64,000 nucleotides of DNA. It comes from Macrostomum hystrix. Lineage: Eukaryota > Animalia > Platyhelminthes. The translations under genes were made by a program, and so were the position numbers. The stretch's first letter is position 1. Each line of letters begins with the position of its first letter. Shown here in pieces: positions 1-10,647 of this stretch. The notes beneath the pieces are model-generated. The model was not told the DNA's origin. It searched no databases and worked only from the letters and a program-made list of their open reading frames with translations. Where the stretch lies: the NCBI GenBank assembly GCA_950097015.1, contig CATNEN010000002.1:7812001-7876000 (forward strand), in the 5' to 3' direction.

Positions 1-1473
1 TTATCTGGCCATGGGAAGATTTGCATGATTCAGCAAGCGATTTTAACAACCGAGCGCTGCAGATAAGAAGTGCTTTTCGTCTGCGCTGTTATTGATTTGT
101 GGACTGCTATTGCTCGCAAGTCGAGCTTGAACAGGCAAGGAGAAATAGCCAAGGAAAACTAAAAAAAATATTGTTATTAGTCTATAGTAAGTGATTGGAA
201 CAGGCGAGCGTCTAAACTCCTGTTCGTGAGTCCTTGAATAAGCTGGCTTACTATTTCACACGAGCCACATTTCCAGACCGAAAATTATCTCAATAACTTT
301 TAACATTTATAAAGATGATGGTTACTCAGGTTTAATTACTGCCTGAGGTCTGGTACATGTTTCATTTCAATTCTGCTGTTTTGTATTCGATGCAAACTTA
401 AAGCCGCTGATTGCTAGGACGAATTGCTGAACAACTGGGCTAGAATCTGTTTCTGTCTGATTGTTATTAGTATTTCATGCAAAGATTTATTGTTTGCAGC
501 ATTTGCACTTGCCAATCGCCATATAATTTTAATGTATCGTTTTAACTCTTAAATGGTAGGCAAGGCGCTAATTTAAGCTCACAAAATCTGCATGACTTTA
601 TAAAATATATAACGGCCCACCGACTAATTTAAAGCTGGTAAAATTTTAAAAGGAAAATTTCAAATTTCTAATAGTCTAAATACGTCATTTTCTAAACTCT
701 AATCTAGAGTAGAAAGTAAATACAGTTTTTTCATAAATAGATTAATTGGCTTAAAAACTTTTTTGCTTCTTTTTTATAGTTTATCATATACTTATAATGA
801 TATATATTTGACATTGCTGACCTGTAACTAAGATTTTAAAAAATTATTTGAATAACGTCCATACTTGTAACATCCACCAGCAATAGTTTGTGGCCTAATC
901 ACAATATATTGGGCTATTGTCGCTATATTGATTGTTTAGTAGGCCTAGAACAGCATAAGTAGCAGATAATATAACTGCTCTTAGACAGTGCTTAAGACAT
1001 GGTACTATTTATTGCATCTAAGAATATACAAGACCTATCAATATCACTATTGGCCCTGGCCAAACTAGTAGGCCTAGTATTTAATAAAATTTCATTGGCA
1101 TTAGCAAGTCATAAAAATGAAAAAAATCATTGCATTGTATGGATTGGACAATGTCACAGTCATGAAATTCTTTTAAAAGTCATTTTAGACCTCCAACTGA
1201 TTTTTGAAAATTATTAAAAACATTTTAACAAAATTGCAAACAAGGATAATAACCCAAGTGAAATAGCATTATTTCTATGTCTATAATTTCATGATAACCC
1301 AAAATGCATAAAAACAGGAAAAAATAGGCCTATTTATCAACAATGCAATTTATGCATTTTGGCAGTATCTCACTTGGCTTGACAAAAATAGTGTAATTTG
1401 AATATTAGGCCTATCCTTGTTTGCAATCTTAAAAATATATTTGCAATCTACTAATTTATATAGGCCCAACTGC

Positions 1474-1700
1474 TGTCGTCAACTGACTGAGACAAAGGCT
1501 TTATGTTAAGCTTAAGTTGCTAGAACGAACATGCGTGTGTGTAGTTTCTTTTGGGGAACGGCTGGGCGACTTTGTATTTAATTTAAGAGTACAGTTGAGG
1601 CTGGGGGTGTCTATGGGTAAACAAGGTGTAACAAGGAGTTAAATTTAGCGTAGTAGGGCAAGCTTGAATTAACGTGGAGGATTGCCAGATGAATCCGACA
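1474..1700 (-). repeat. 3' LTR of BEL/Pao element
   Basis: 227 bp, TG...CA termini, 226/227 identical to 7475-7701. Confidence 0.97.
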
Positions 1701-1820
1701 GATTGGGGGGGGCTGTACGGATGGCTAGGATACGGCGTAGGAAATTAGGAAGCGGAAGATAGAACATCAGTTTTAGTCTCTTTGAGGTAAACTCTAGGTT
1801 CATAGTGCACGAAGTAACAC

Positions 1821-4800
1821 TCAGGGAATGTCAAACAGGGCGTCTCGGACTCCCTGCCGCTTACGGGTGCGAAGAGAGCGGACCGAAGTCGGTACAGCCG
1901 TGACATTAGTTGCCGTTGGCGACTGCGGTGAGCTGTCCTGGGTCTTCGCCCTGGCGCCGATTTCTGGATCCGGCTCCACAACTTCGGCCTCCAGCGGGAC
2001 GAGATGCTCGACAGGACGCCGGGATTCGTAACCGGCACTGGTGCGGATTGTGACGTAGCGCACGACGCCTTGTGCATCCGGGTGCAGGGCTAGGATGCGA
2101 CAAGTCTTCCAACTGGCACGAGGTGTGCTCTCAACGAGAAGGCAGAGTTGATCCTGACGAGGCTGCTGGGTTACCCCTGGATTGCGTCGTCGTTCTGCCA
2201 GATGGATTGATCGCAGATGCTGGAGGTATTCGCGGCGCCAGCGATCCCAAAAGGCGTCGATAATCTGTTCCCTGCGGTAGTAGAGCGCCCGTAGTACGTT
2301 GCCGGTTGACGAGTCCGCCGGTGGTAGGAGACTCTCTGAAGCGGCTGGCAGGTCGAGGCAGACGTTTGGGGCTATAAGATGTGCCGGTGTCAGTGGGCGC
2401 ATATCCCTTGGGTCGTTGCTGAGAGCCGTGAGGGGGCGTGTGTTGAGTACGGCTTCAACCCTGCAGAGTAGAGTCCGCAGTTCATCGTCATCGATCCGAC
2501 GACGCCAGAGTGCCGGCCGTAGGCTGGCTTTGGTAAGAGCGACAAGCCTTTCCACCGCACCCTGGTGCCAAGGGGAACGGACCGGTGCGAACTTAAAACG
2601 GAGTCTACGGGTGGTGGCAAAAGGTTGAAGATCCGTGAAGATCTTGTGCTGGAACGTCGGCGCCAGGAGGGTATCTACCAGCTTGGCGGTGGCCTGGAAT
2701 GCCGTCGCCTGATCGAGGAAGATTGTACCTTCCGTGAGGCCTCGCCGCGCCCAAAATCTCTCAAACGCGTGGAGCACCGCGTCCGCGGAGTAGTCCGTCA
2801 GAGGTTCTAGGTGCACAGCACGGCTGGTCGCGCAGGAGAGGATGAGGACCCAGCGCTTGGCTGACGTCCTTGTCGTGGACGCCCATGTGTAAATCGGTCC
2901 TAACTGATCGATGAGAATTGAGCGGAAAGCGGGCTGCGTGAAGTCCAAACGTTCAGGTGGCAGCTGACCATGATGTGGGCGAGTCATGGGTGGCGCTTTG
3001 GAGGCGCGGCAAACAAGGCAGCCACGTAGAGCGTTGCGCACAGTGGCAAGGCCACGGACAATCCAGAAGCGCTCCCTCAGTCGACTAAGAACTGTGGAGG
3101 CAGTCGCGTGTACCTCCTGCTCGTGGATATGTCGGATCAATAAATAACTGAGGTGACTCCTCGAGGGCAGGAGCAACGGGTGCAGTGCATCAGCGTCCAA
3201 ATTGGCGTTGGCCATGCGTGAGCTCAAGCGGACGAAACCGTCGGTATCAAGATACAAGGCAAGCTGATTCACCAGCCGACAATTCCCAGGGTTGCCCGAT
3301 TGAAGAGCGATCATGTCCTTGAGGTAATGTAAACGCTGTGTGTACCGGACCCAGAGAAGGAGGGCGGCGTTGCGCGCGTTTAAGCCTGGGACTCCGCGGG
3401 TCCTGTCCCTCGTGACGAAGCGGACGACATATGCGGTTGCACCGAGCAGGGTGTTGAGGCATCCGAAACGAGTGATATCCATGTCTCCAGGTGGGGGCTC
3501 ATCAACGCCTTTGGTAGCGTGCAGAAGCGAAATAGACGGCTTATCTTTACGCCGAGTTTCCTCTGGTGGGTTGACGGACTGACCGGGGAGCGGCCAGGAG
3601 GTCCACGTATGGTAAGGCCGTTGAATAAACTCGGGACCGGTGTAGAAGTTCGACGCGATAAGCTGGGTCAGTGTTAGGGGCCTGGTACAATGGTCGGCCG
3701 GATTCTCTGCAGTGGGAACGTAGCGGCGGTCCTCTGTCAACCCGGAGTTGCGTATCTCCTGGACGCGGTGGCACTCGTAGGGACGGAGCTTGGCACCGTC
3801 CATGAGCCAGTAAAGGACAATCTGGCTGTCGATAAAGTGGGTTATACCGCTGATCTCTAGCATTGGAGTAAGGATATCTCGTAAGAGAAGGGTCGCGCGG
3901 GTAGCGATAAGAGCGGCCCAGAGTTCGATGCGCGGAACGGTAATTAGTAGGCCTTTCTTGCCAGTTGGGACGAGACGTGCTCTCGCGTAGATGAGGGTGG
4001 TGGTCACTCGACCGTCGTGAGTGTGGTGCAGATAGACGGTGAAGCCATACGCCTGTGGTGAACCATCACTGAAGATGACCAGGCGACTGGGAACAGTGCG
4101 CTTCGTGACGCAGCGACGAGGTATGACAATGCGGTCGATGTCAACGAAGTCTGAACGGAGCCTGGACCAAGCGTCAACGGTGGCAGGATCGGCCAGAGTG
4201 TCCCAGGCATCGTTAGGCTTGAATGCCGCCCTGTAGAGAAGTCGGCCCGCCAGAACGAGGGGGGCAACGTATCCAAATGGATCGTAGGGGCGGGAGATGA
4301 CGCTCAGTAAGCTGGCGCGAGTAAGCGTGATGCCGCATGAAATCGTAGGCTTGGCAAGTCGGATGGTGTCATTGACGGTGTCCCAGACGATACCGAGGTT
4401 TCTGACGACTGGGTTCTCAACGCGATCTTCCTCAGGGAGGCCCTGAAGAGCCTGTGAGTCGTTTGCTGCGAACTCCCGGAGGTGGAACTGCCCCGAGTGG
4501 AATAGAGCCCGCAGTCCAGCGACGAAACGAGGGCCCTCGGTCTTGCAATCGTAGCCTTGCACGAGGTTATCCATGTAGAGCCCAGAAGGGATAGATTCAA
4601 CCTCGCCCTTGTGGAGTCCGAAACGGTGGGTTCCACCGGCGATGGCGTCGGCGCAGAGTTTGTGGATCACCGTGAGAAGGATCCAGGGTGATGGGCTGGC
4701 GCCCATTACGATCCGCGTGAAGCGCCAAAGCTGCATGTTGTCTTGGTCGAGTGGCTTGGCGATGTCTCTCGGCAGGATGATGCGTAGAGCGTCTCGACAC

Positions 4801-7436
4801 CCGGGGTGTACCATTATCTGATAGAATGCAGACTGGATGTCGCTGACGCAGGCGTATTCGTAGACTCGTAGACGGAGCTGGACCTGGAGAAGGTCGGTTA
4901 GGAGGTTTGGTCCAGTCTCCAGGAGGTCATTCAAGCAGCTGCCTCCAAGGGATGTCGGAGCGGAGGCGTCAACGACGGGTCGTATTTTTGTTGTGTTACT
5001 TGATTCCTTTATCACCGGGAAGTGAGGTAGGACGTGAACGATCGGTCCAGGTGGCGACCGACTGTCGACGATCTCGAGTACGCCCTCGGTTTTACGTTTC
5101 TCGAACTCAGCGTAGTACTTCATGCGTTGCAAGAGATCCAGGCGGTTGTGAACTGCGCGAGCACGGCCATAGGCTTGGCCGAAATTCGAAGGAAGCTGCT
5201 CGGCTCCTGGCTTGAAGGGGAGAGCGACTGAGAAACGGCCATCGGGTTCCCGAGTGGCAGAATCCAGAAGGCGCTTGGTCTGGAGATCTTCGCTTTGCGT
5301 GGTCCGTTCTGTGTTTGGACCCAGACCGAGGATCTCGAGACTGGTCATCCTATCTACAAGTAGCTCCAGATGGGACAGGTTGTCCGGGACAGGTTGCTCT
5401 GTCAAGCCGTGGAGTGAGTTGACGATGAGGCGCCCGGTACAGAGGAGTTCGGTGGCCCGGGTGCAGATGGCATGGGTGTCCGAGGTTCCTGTGAGGGAGC
5501 CGGTAAGGACAGCTCCAAACGGGGTCAGGTGAGCGGTGAAGCTGCGACGTAGGGGTATTGCACCAACGCTCGGGCCTACGAGTAACTGTGCATAATCATT
5601 TCCAATCAGCAGATCCAGGTCCACCTCCTTGTCCACCATCGGGGGTGCATTGGCAATCCCAAGAGGCAGATGGGCGAGGGTTGTTAGAATATCTTTCGGA
5701 AGCTGTAGCGCCTGTAAGTGAATGGCTGGAGCAATCCTCTCAACTGAGAGCACCTTCAGCGGCATGCGTCGACCATCCAGTGTGGCTAATTCCAGGCGAA
5801 CAATGTTGGCGTGCACGCGACGGCGAGATTCGGCATGACACGCAGAGCTGTCGAGGCTGATTGTACCGAGGGACTGGAGGCCGATTCGCCGGGCTATGTC
5901 GCCTCGAAGGTAGGTGTAGCTGCAACCGCCATCGATAAGGGCCGTGATCGGAGCCGAATCCCCAGTTGCCGGGTTCACAGCTGGAGCAGAGAAGGTGGCC
6001 ATCACTATGGGCTGAAGGAGGCTATCCTGCGCGGACGAGACGCAGGAGATGGCGTTAACAGGGCCGGATGAATCCTCCGTCGATTCCACAAGGGGGGAGG
6101 TGCCACTGAGATGCGAATTGACTATCGGCTGCTGCGGCCTTCGCGAGTGCGCCGAGGGGCCTGCTCCAGTTTGGATGGCGGGTTCCCTCGGGTAAGCGCC
6201 ATGAAGAGAGGTATGGTGCTTGGAGCCGCACTTGCGGCACCGGCTGGAAGAGGGGCAATGCCGTGCCTCGTGATCCCCAAGGCAATTGAAACACAGTTTC
6301 TTCCGTCGGACAGCACTGAATCGGTCCTCGGGCTGGGTGACACGGTCACAGCGAGACGCATTGTGACCGCTCTGGTCGCAGTAGACGCATCCGGCGATAT
6401 CCTGACAGCGGATGGTGTTTTTGCGACTAGGGCCATGCTGATGTCTGCCGGCGGCGTAGCTGCGTCCTGAGTTCTGCACGGCCGGTGGGCAAGAGTTTGA
6501 TGCCGCGCCGAGGAGACTGGCACCGGAGTAGGGTGCTTCGGCTGGAGCTTCGTTTGTCACAGTCCTGGCGGCACGGAGAACGCGTAGCTTCGCGTCCAAG
6601 TGTCCTTGCAAGTCGGTCATAGTGGGCATGGGCGACTGAGTGGCTTTAATGCGGGCGTCCTGAATGTCTGTCCGGAGCGCGATAGGTAACTTCGGCCACA
6701 AGGCGTGGATGTATGCGTCCATCGCCGCTTCCGGCTCCTGCAGCCGGGCAAGCTGACCCACAGTGAGACGAAGTGCGTCCGCGAAGGGTTCCAGCGTTCG
6801 GAAGTCGACGTCGTTGAGACGTGGCATGTCCAGGAGGCGTTTGTAGCATGCGCTCTTCTGCTCTTGCAAATCGCCGTAGTTATATTCCAGAATCCGCCGC
6901 GCCTCCTCGTACGCGCCGGGCTGGCAAGCGTCCAGACCTCCGAGCTTCCGCAACGCGGCCCCCGTGAGGAGACCTCGAAGGACCTCAAACTTGTCGACGG
7001 GAGACATTTCTAGGGCATGAATTCGATGATCGAACGCGCCCCAGAACGCTGGGAATGCGGCGGGGTCCTCACCATCGAATGTCGGTAGTCGTGCGTTGCG
7101 CAGGACGCTGTCGCCGACGAAGGAAGCCGGGCGGCGGGCCGTGGGCAGTGGGTTCGCATCTGGCACCGCCGCTGGCGCCGGTGGGGCTGCCGCTGTCTGG
7201 CTTTGAAGCTGAGTAAGTAGTTGCTGGTTTTGCTGCATCATGGTGACCATGACGCCGAGTAGGTGCTGAAGCATGTCCTTGTTGGCTGGCGGCTGGCCGG
7301 CAACTGTCGGCTGAAGCAGTGGTGCCGATGGTCCAGCGGTCGCCCCTCCCGTTGCTTGCTCCTGTCCTGCATGATCCCCAGAAATCGGGTCGGTTGTATC
7401 CCCAGTCTCGGCTGAGGTCGCGCGAGTGTTGACCAT
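1821..7436 (-). CDS. BEL/Pao Gag-Pol polyprotein
   Basis: First ATG at 7436; the ORF track start at 7496 is a TTG inside the LTR. Motifs: gag FDGEDPAAFPAFW; Zn knuckles CVYCDQSGHNASRC, CFNCLGDHEARHC, CRKCGSKHHTSLH; protease ALIDGG; RT KIRPVVDAS, SDIQSAFYQI, YMDN; RNase H IFSDGS, PRIELWAA, FIDSQIVL; integrase HEQEVH..CLVC, IDQLGP, DQATAF, GAVERLV; C-terminal FWDRWRREYL. Confidence 0.96.
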   Translation of the reverse strand: MVNTRATSAETGDTTDPISGDHAGQEQATGGATAGPSAPLLQPTVAGQPPANKDMLQHLLGVMVTMMQQNQQLLTQLQSQTAAAPPAPAAVPDANPLPTARRPASFVGDSVLRNARLPTFDGEDPAAFPAFWGAFDHRIHALEMSPVDKFEVLRGLLTGAALRKLGGLDACQPGAYEEARRILEYNYGDLQEQKSACYKRLLDMPRLNDVDFRTLEPFADALRLTVGQLARLQEPEAAMDAYIHALWPKLPIALRTDIQDARIKATQSPMPTMTDLQGHLDAKLRVLRAARTVTNEAPAEAPYSGASLLGAASNSCPPAVQNSGRSYAAGRHQHGPSRKNTIRCQDIAGCVYCDQSGHNASRCDRVTQPEDRFSAVRRKKLCFNCLGDHEARHCPSSSRCRKCGSKHHTSLHGAYPREPAIQTGAGPSAHSRRPQQPIVNSHLSGTSPLVESTEDSSGPVNAISCVSSAQDSLLQPIVMATFSAPAVNPATGDSAPITALIDGGCSYTYLRGDIARRIGLQSLGTISLDSSACHAESRRRVHANIVRLELATLDGRRMPLKVLSVERIAPAIHLQALQLPKDILTTLAHLPLGIANAPPMVDKEVDLDLLIGNDYAQLLVGPSVGAIPLRRSFTAHLTPFGAVLTGSLTGTSDTHAICTRATELLCTGRLIVNSLHGLTEQPVPDNLSHLELLVDRMTSLEILGLGPNTERTTQSEDLQTKRLLDSATREPDGRFSVALPFKPGAEQLPSNFGQAYGRARAVHNRLDLLQRMKYYAEFEKRKTEGVLEIVDSRSPPGPIVHVLPHFPVIKESSNTTKIRPVVDASAPTSLGGSCLNDLLETGPNLLTDLLQVQLRLRVYEYACVSDIQSAFYQIMVHPGCRDALRIILPRDIAKPLDQDNMQLWRFTRIVMGASPSPWILLTVIHKLCADAIAGGTHRFGLHKGEVESIPSGLYMDNLVQGYDCKTEGPRFVAGLRALFHSGQFHLREFAANDSQALQGLPEEDRVENPVVRNLGIVWDTVNDTIRLAKPTISCGITLTRASLLSVISRPYDPFGYVAPLVLAGRLLYRAAFKPNDAWDTLADPATVDAWSRLRSDFVDIDRIVIPRRCVTKRTVPSRLVIFSDGSPQAYGFTVYLHHTHDGRVTTTLIYARARLVPTGKKGLLITVPRIELWAALIATRATLLLRDILTPMLEISGITHFIDSQIVLYWLMDGAKLRPYECHRVQEIRNSGLTEDRRYVPTAENPADHCTRPLTLTQLIASNFYTGPEFIQRPYHTWTSWPLPGQSVNPPEETRRKDKPSISLLHATKGVDEPPPGDMDITRFGCLNTLLGATAYVVRFVTRDRTRGVPGLNARNAALLLWVRYTQRLHYLKDMIALQSGNPGNCRLVNQLALYLDTDGFVRLSSRMANANLDADALHPLLLPSRSHLSYLLIRHIHEQEVHATASTVLSRLRERFWIVRGLATVRNALRGCLVCRASKAPPMTRPHHGQLPPERLDFTQPAFRSILIDQLGPIYTWASTTRTSAKRWVLILSCATSRAVHLEPLTDYSADAVLHAFERFWARRGLTEGTIFLDQATAFQATAKLVDTLLAPTFQHKIFTDLQPFATTRRLRFKFAPVRSPWHQGAVERLVALTKASLRPALWRRRIDDDELRTLLCRVEAVLNTRPLTALSNDPRDMRPLTPAHLIAPNVCLDLPAASESLLPPADSSTGNVLRALYYRREQIIDAFWDRWRREYLQHLRSIHLAERRRNPGVTQQPRQDQLCLLVESTPRASWKTCRILALHPDAQGVVRYVTIRTSAGYESRRPVEHLVPLEAEVVEPDPEIGARAKTQDSSPQSPTATNVTAVPTSVRSLRTRKRQGVRDALFDIP

Positions 7437-7452
7437 TGCCTTGGTGCCAAAC

Positions 7453-7471
7453 AAACCACGCTCTGCTACCA
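7453..7471 (-). other. Primer-binding site (initiator tRNA-Met)
   Basis: Minus strand TGGTAGCAGAGCGTGGTTT, 3 nt inside the 5' LTR, matches the complement of the conserved animal tRNAi-Met 3' end (..CUCUGCUACCA). Confidence 0.85.
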
Positions 7472-7474
7472 ATT

Positions 7475-7701
7475 TGTCGTCAACTGACTGAGACAAAGGC
7501 TTTATGTTAAGCTTAAGTTGCTAGAACGAACATGCGTGTGTGTAGTTTCTTTTGGGGAACGGCTGGGCGACTTTGTATTTAATTTAAGAGTACAGTTGAG
7601 GCTGGGGGTGTCTATGGGTAAACAAGGTGTAACAAGGAGTTAAATTTAGCGCAGTAGGGCAAGCTTGAATTAACGTGGAGGATTGCCAGATGAATCCGAC
7701 A
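7475..7701 (-). repeat. 5' LTR of BEL/Pao element
   Basis: 227 bp, followed on the minus strand by the PBS. Confidence 0.97.
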
Positions 7702-8532
7702 ACTGCTTTAGATCTAACAAAAACTGTATATATCTCTTATAAATTATTTGTCGTTGATTGACAGCTTTAGGTAGTGTAGAGATAGTTGTTATGAGACCAT
7801 AGTATGTGTATTAATTGTAATTAGTTTTTTCTCTGTTTAATCTATACAAATCTAGACTAATAGACTATAGACAACATACATGCACAACACCCAGCTGACC
7901 CAGCCGAACCGGCTGGGTGAAACGAGGGCCAAGCAAGGTAAGTCGCAAAAACCAATCAACCAAGCGCAAAAAAATCAAAGGGGGGACCAAGGGACAAAAA
8001 AGGAAGGCGTGAAGAAAAGGAAAAAGGGGAGAGAAAAAGAGAGCAAATGAGAGCAAACTAAGTTGTAAATAGAGCAAAAACTAAGTTGTACTGCTGGCTA
8101 AGATTTGGGAGGTTGCGCATGTATGATAGACAATTTACTAATATTAGTTACCTAAGTACTTAGCTATTGATATTCCTTCAGTTATAATGTACTTTAAACT
8201 AATCATATGTAATTATAGTTTTTTGGGTCAAAAGAAAATTATTATTTCATAAATGCAGACATGTTTATAATTGATTGTATTTTCTAGCTTAATATTTTGA
8301 GTCCTCTGCTCCTCACCTTCTGGTCCCTATATAAAGCCAATCTTGGCTGCCAGCCTCTTGAAATTGTATATATTTTTACTATTGAACATTTTTACTATTC
8401 ACTAGCAATTGACTCCAAGTAGGTATCATAGTAGCTTCTCATATTAACATCCTATGATTGCTCCAGCCTCTGGAAGCAGTGCGGCAGCAAGTTTTGTTTC
8501 GGCAGCAGCAGCAGCAGCCGGCGGGGGCTTTT

Positions 8533-10647
8533 ATGTCTCTGTCGACGTCTGGCCAGTCGCCCAGCCTGGCTTTCAGGCTGACCCAGCAGCCCCGCATGGC
8601 CGCCTCCGCCTCTGTGGTTACTGTCGCCCCGACCGCCCAGCGAATGCAGGTGCGCAATGACAATAGGCGCCGGCGCAAGCAGCAGCAGCCGGACGATTCC
8701 AACGGCGATTCGGATGCAGCAGCAGCCGCCACGGAAGAGAAGCCGCGCGAGCTGGCCAGCTGCCTTGGCAACTGTTTAAACGCGCACGCAGAGGCGGGTG
8801 ACGTTGAGCAGGTTCGCAGCCTGCTCGAGTCGAACGTGCCGCACTCCAGCGATTGGCTGGGCTTCACCGCTCTGCACCTGGCCGCCAGGAATGGCCACCT
8901 GGATGTGTGCCGCTGCCTGCTCTGGTACAATTTTGCTGCCGAGGCACGAAACAAGGTTGCCAGAACTCCGCTGCACCTGGCCGCCGCTGCTGGCCACTAC
9001 TATGTGGTCAGCCTGCTGCTTGACTCCGGAGCCAATCCCAACTGCGAGGACTTCCTGCGCAACAGGCCACTGCACTGCGCCTGCCAGGGCAACTGGTGAG
9101 TGGCCATTCTGATTCGTTCTGGAAATGCAGCCAATTCTCCAATTGGTTAATAGTACGAGTACAAAGCTAGCGATTCCCCGATTGGTTAATAGTACAAAGC
9201 TAGCGATTCCCCGATTGGTTAATAGTACAAAGCTAGCGATTCCCCGATTGATTAATAGTACAAAGCTAGCGATTCCCCGATTGGTTAATAGTACAAAGCT
9301 AGCGATTCCCCGATTGATTAATAGTACAAAGCTAGCGATTCCCCGATTGGTTAATAGTACAAAGCTAGCGATTCCCTGATTATTTAAGATTTTAAGGCCA
9401 AATCCGCTGCTTGCGACTCCTCGCAGGCCTGCGATAGTGGACTTGCTGCTGAGGTCCGGGGCCCACCCGACGGTTTTAAACAAGTTCGGCCAGTCGGCGC
9501 GTCAAGTGGCCGCATCGCTGGGCCACACCGAGTGCGCCAGCCTGCTGTCCGGCTACCCTGACGACGCCATGGTAACGGAGTCCCTGGCGCCCGTTGAAGT
9601 CGATGTTGTAGTGTGTAGCAGTGATGACGGGAGTCGCGGCGTCTGCGACATCCCCGGCGAGGATCTGGAGGTGTCACTGTCAGCCGAATGCCAGTGGCCA
9701 GCCATCAACGAAGAAATCGCCACCATTGGCGACGCTGGCGGCATCGATGATTTGGGCCTTCTTAGCGACCTCGGCCAGCTCGACTGTTGCGGCATCGCCG
9801 TTGGCGACGATCTAGACGCCCATTTCCAGTCGGGTGAACCGCCGCCACCGTCGCCGACCATCGGGCTGGACCTCCGGCTGCGTCTGCAGGAGCTGGCTGA
9901 CCGCGCAACCAGCGACCAACTGCGCGTGGAGCTGCCTGCCGACTGCGTAATGGCCCAGGTTAGAAGCCGCGACCTTCATGCTGTCTGGGTGGGATAATAG
10001 TTGTACTACAGATTTAAGCAGAGTCTATTTTTGTTGTTAGAGTTCAGATTAGGTATGTAAACAAAAATGAGAGATAGTTCAAAATCAGAATTTCCATATA
10101 GAATTAGGAGAGTTTACGCGGTCTCAAACAGTTCAGGTTGGATTTAGTCAGTTCAGGTTGGATTTAGTCAGTTCAGGTTGGATTCAGGCAGTTCAGGTTG
10201 GATTCAGGCAGTTCAGGTTGGATTCAGGCAGTTCAGGTTGGATTCAGGCAGTTCAGGTTGGATTTAGTCAGTTCAGGTTGGATTCAGACAGTTCAGGTTG
10301 GATTCAGGCAGTTCAGGTTGGATTCAGACAGTTCAGGTTGGATTCAGGCAGTTTAGGTTGGATTCAGGCAGTTCAGGTTGGATTCAGGCAGTTCAGGCTA
10401 TACTAAGAGACAGATGTTCAAGGTCACGTGATGTGTGACCCCGCAGGTGCCAGCCTACCTGGGCAGCCTTGGCATTCGTGTCACCGCCCGTCACGGAGCC
10501 TCCCTGCTGGGCTGGTTTCTGGCCACGGACGGCTCGGCCGTGAACCTGCGGGCACAGCACGAGGCGGACTCGGGCAGCCTGGTTGTGTCAGCATTTCGGG
10601 TCGACTGCCAGCTGCTGGAACACCTGCAGTCCGGCTGCGAGTCCTAG
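8533..10647 (+). CDS. GABPB1: GA-binding protein beta-like ankyrin-repeat protein (3 exons: ~8533-9095, 9427-9958, 10447-10647)
   Basis: Ankyrin repeats DWLGFTALHLAA, ARNKVARTPLHLAA, RPLHCACQGNW|PAIVDLLLRSGA, NKFGQSARQVA follow GABPbeta (DWLGTSPLHLAA, ARTKVDRTPLHMAA). GT/AG sites join in frame; AATAAA at 10725. Start uncertain: acceptor-like TTGCTCCAG ends at 8466. Confidence 0.8.
9141..9378. repeat. 33-bp minisatellite (GATTGGTTAATAGTACAAAGCTAGCGATTCCCC), GABPB intron 1
   Basis: About 7 tandem units visible. Confidence 0.95.
10130..10398. repeat. 20-bp minisatellite (GTTCAGGTTGGATTCAGGCA), GABPB intron 2
   Basis: About 13 units. Confidence 0.95.

Larger units (their letters stand above)
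1474..7701 (-). mobile_element. Full-length BEL/Pao LTR retrotransposon, apparently intact and recent
   Basis: Two 227-bp direct LTRs (1474-1700, 7475-7701) bounded by TGTCG...CGACA and differing at one base (T1651 vs C7652). 5-bp TSD ACTGC at 1469-1473 and 7702-7706. A single uninterrupted gag-pol ORF in PR-RT-RH-IN order with BEL-type motifs. Confidence 0.97.

Noticed and set aside
1745-7459. Short overlapping or antisense ORFs within the BEL element, the gypsy units and the LINE
   Set aside because: Shadow frames of GC-rich coding sequence with no recognisable motifs.
7901-7921. Perfect 9-bp hairpin ACCCAGCCG-AAC-CGGCTGGGT
   Set aside because: No CTRR at Helitron spacing, no second copy in the window; an isolated hairpin is not interpretable.
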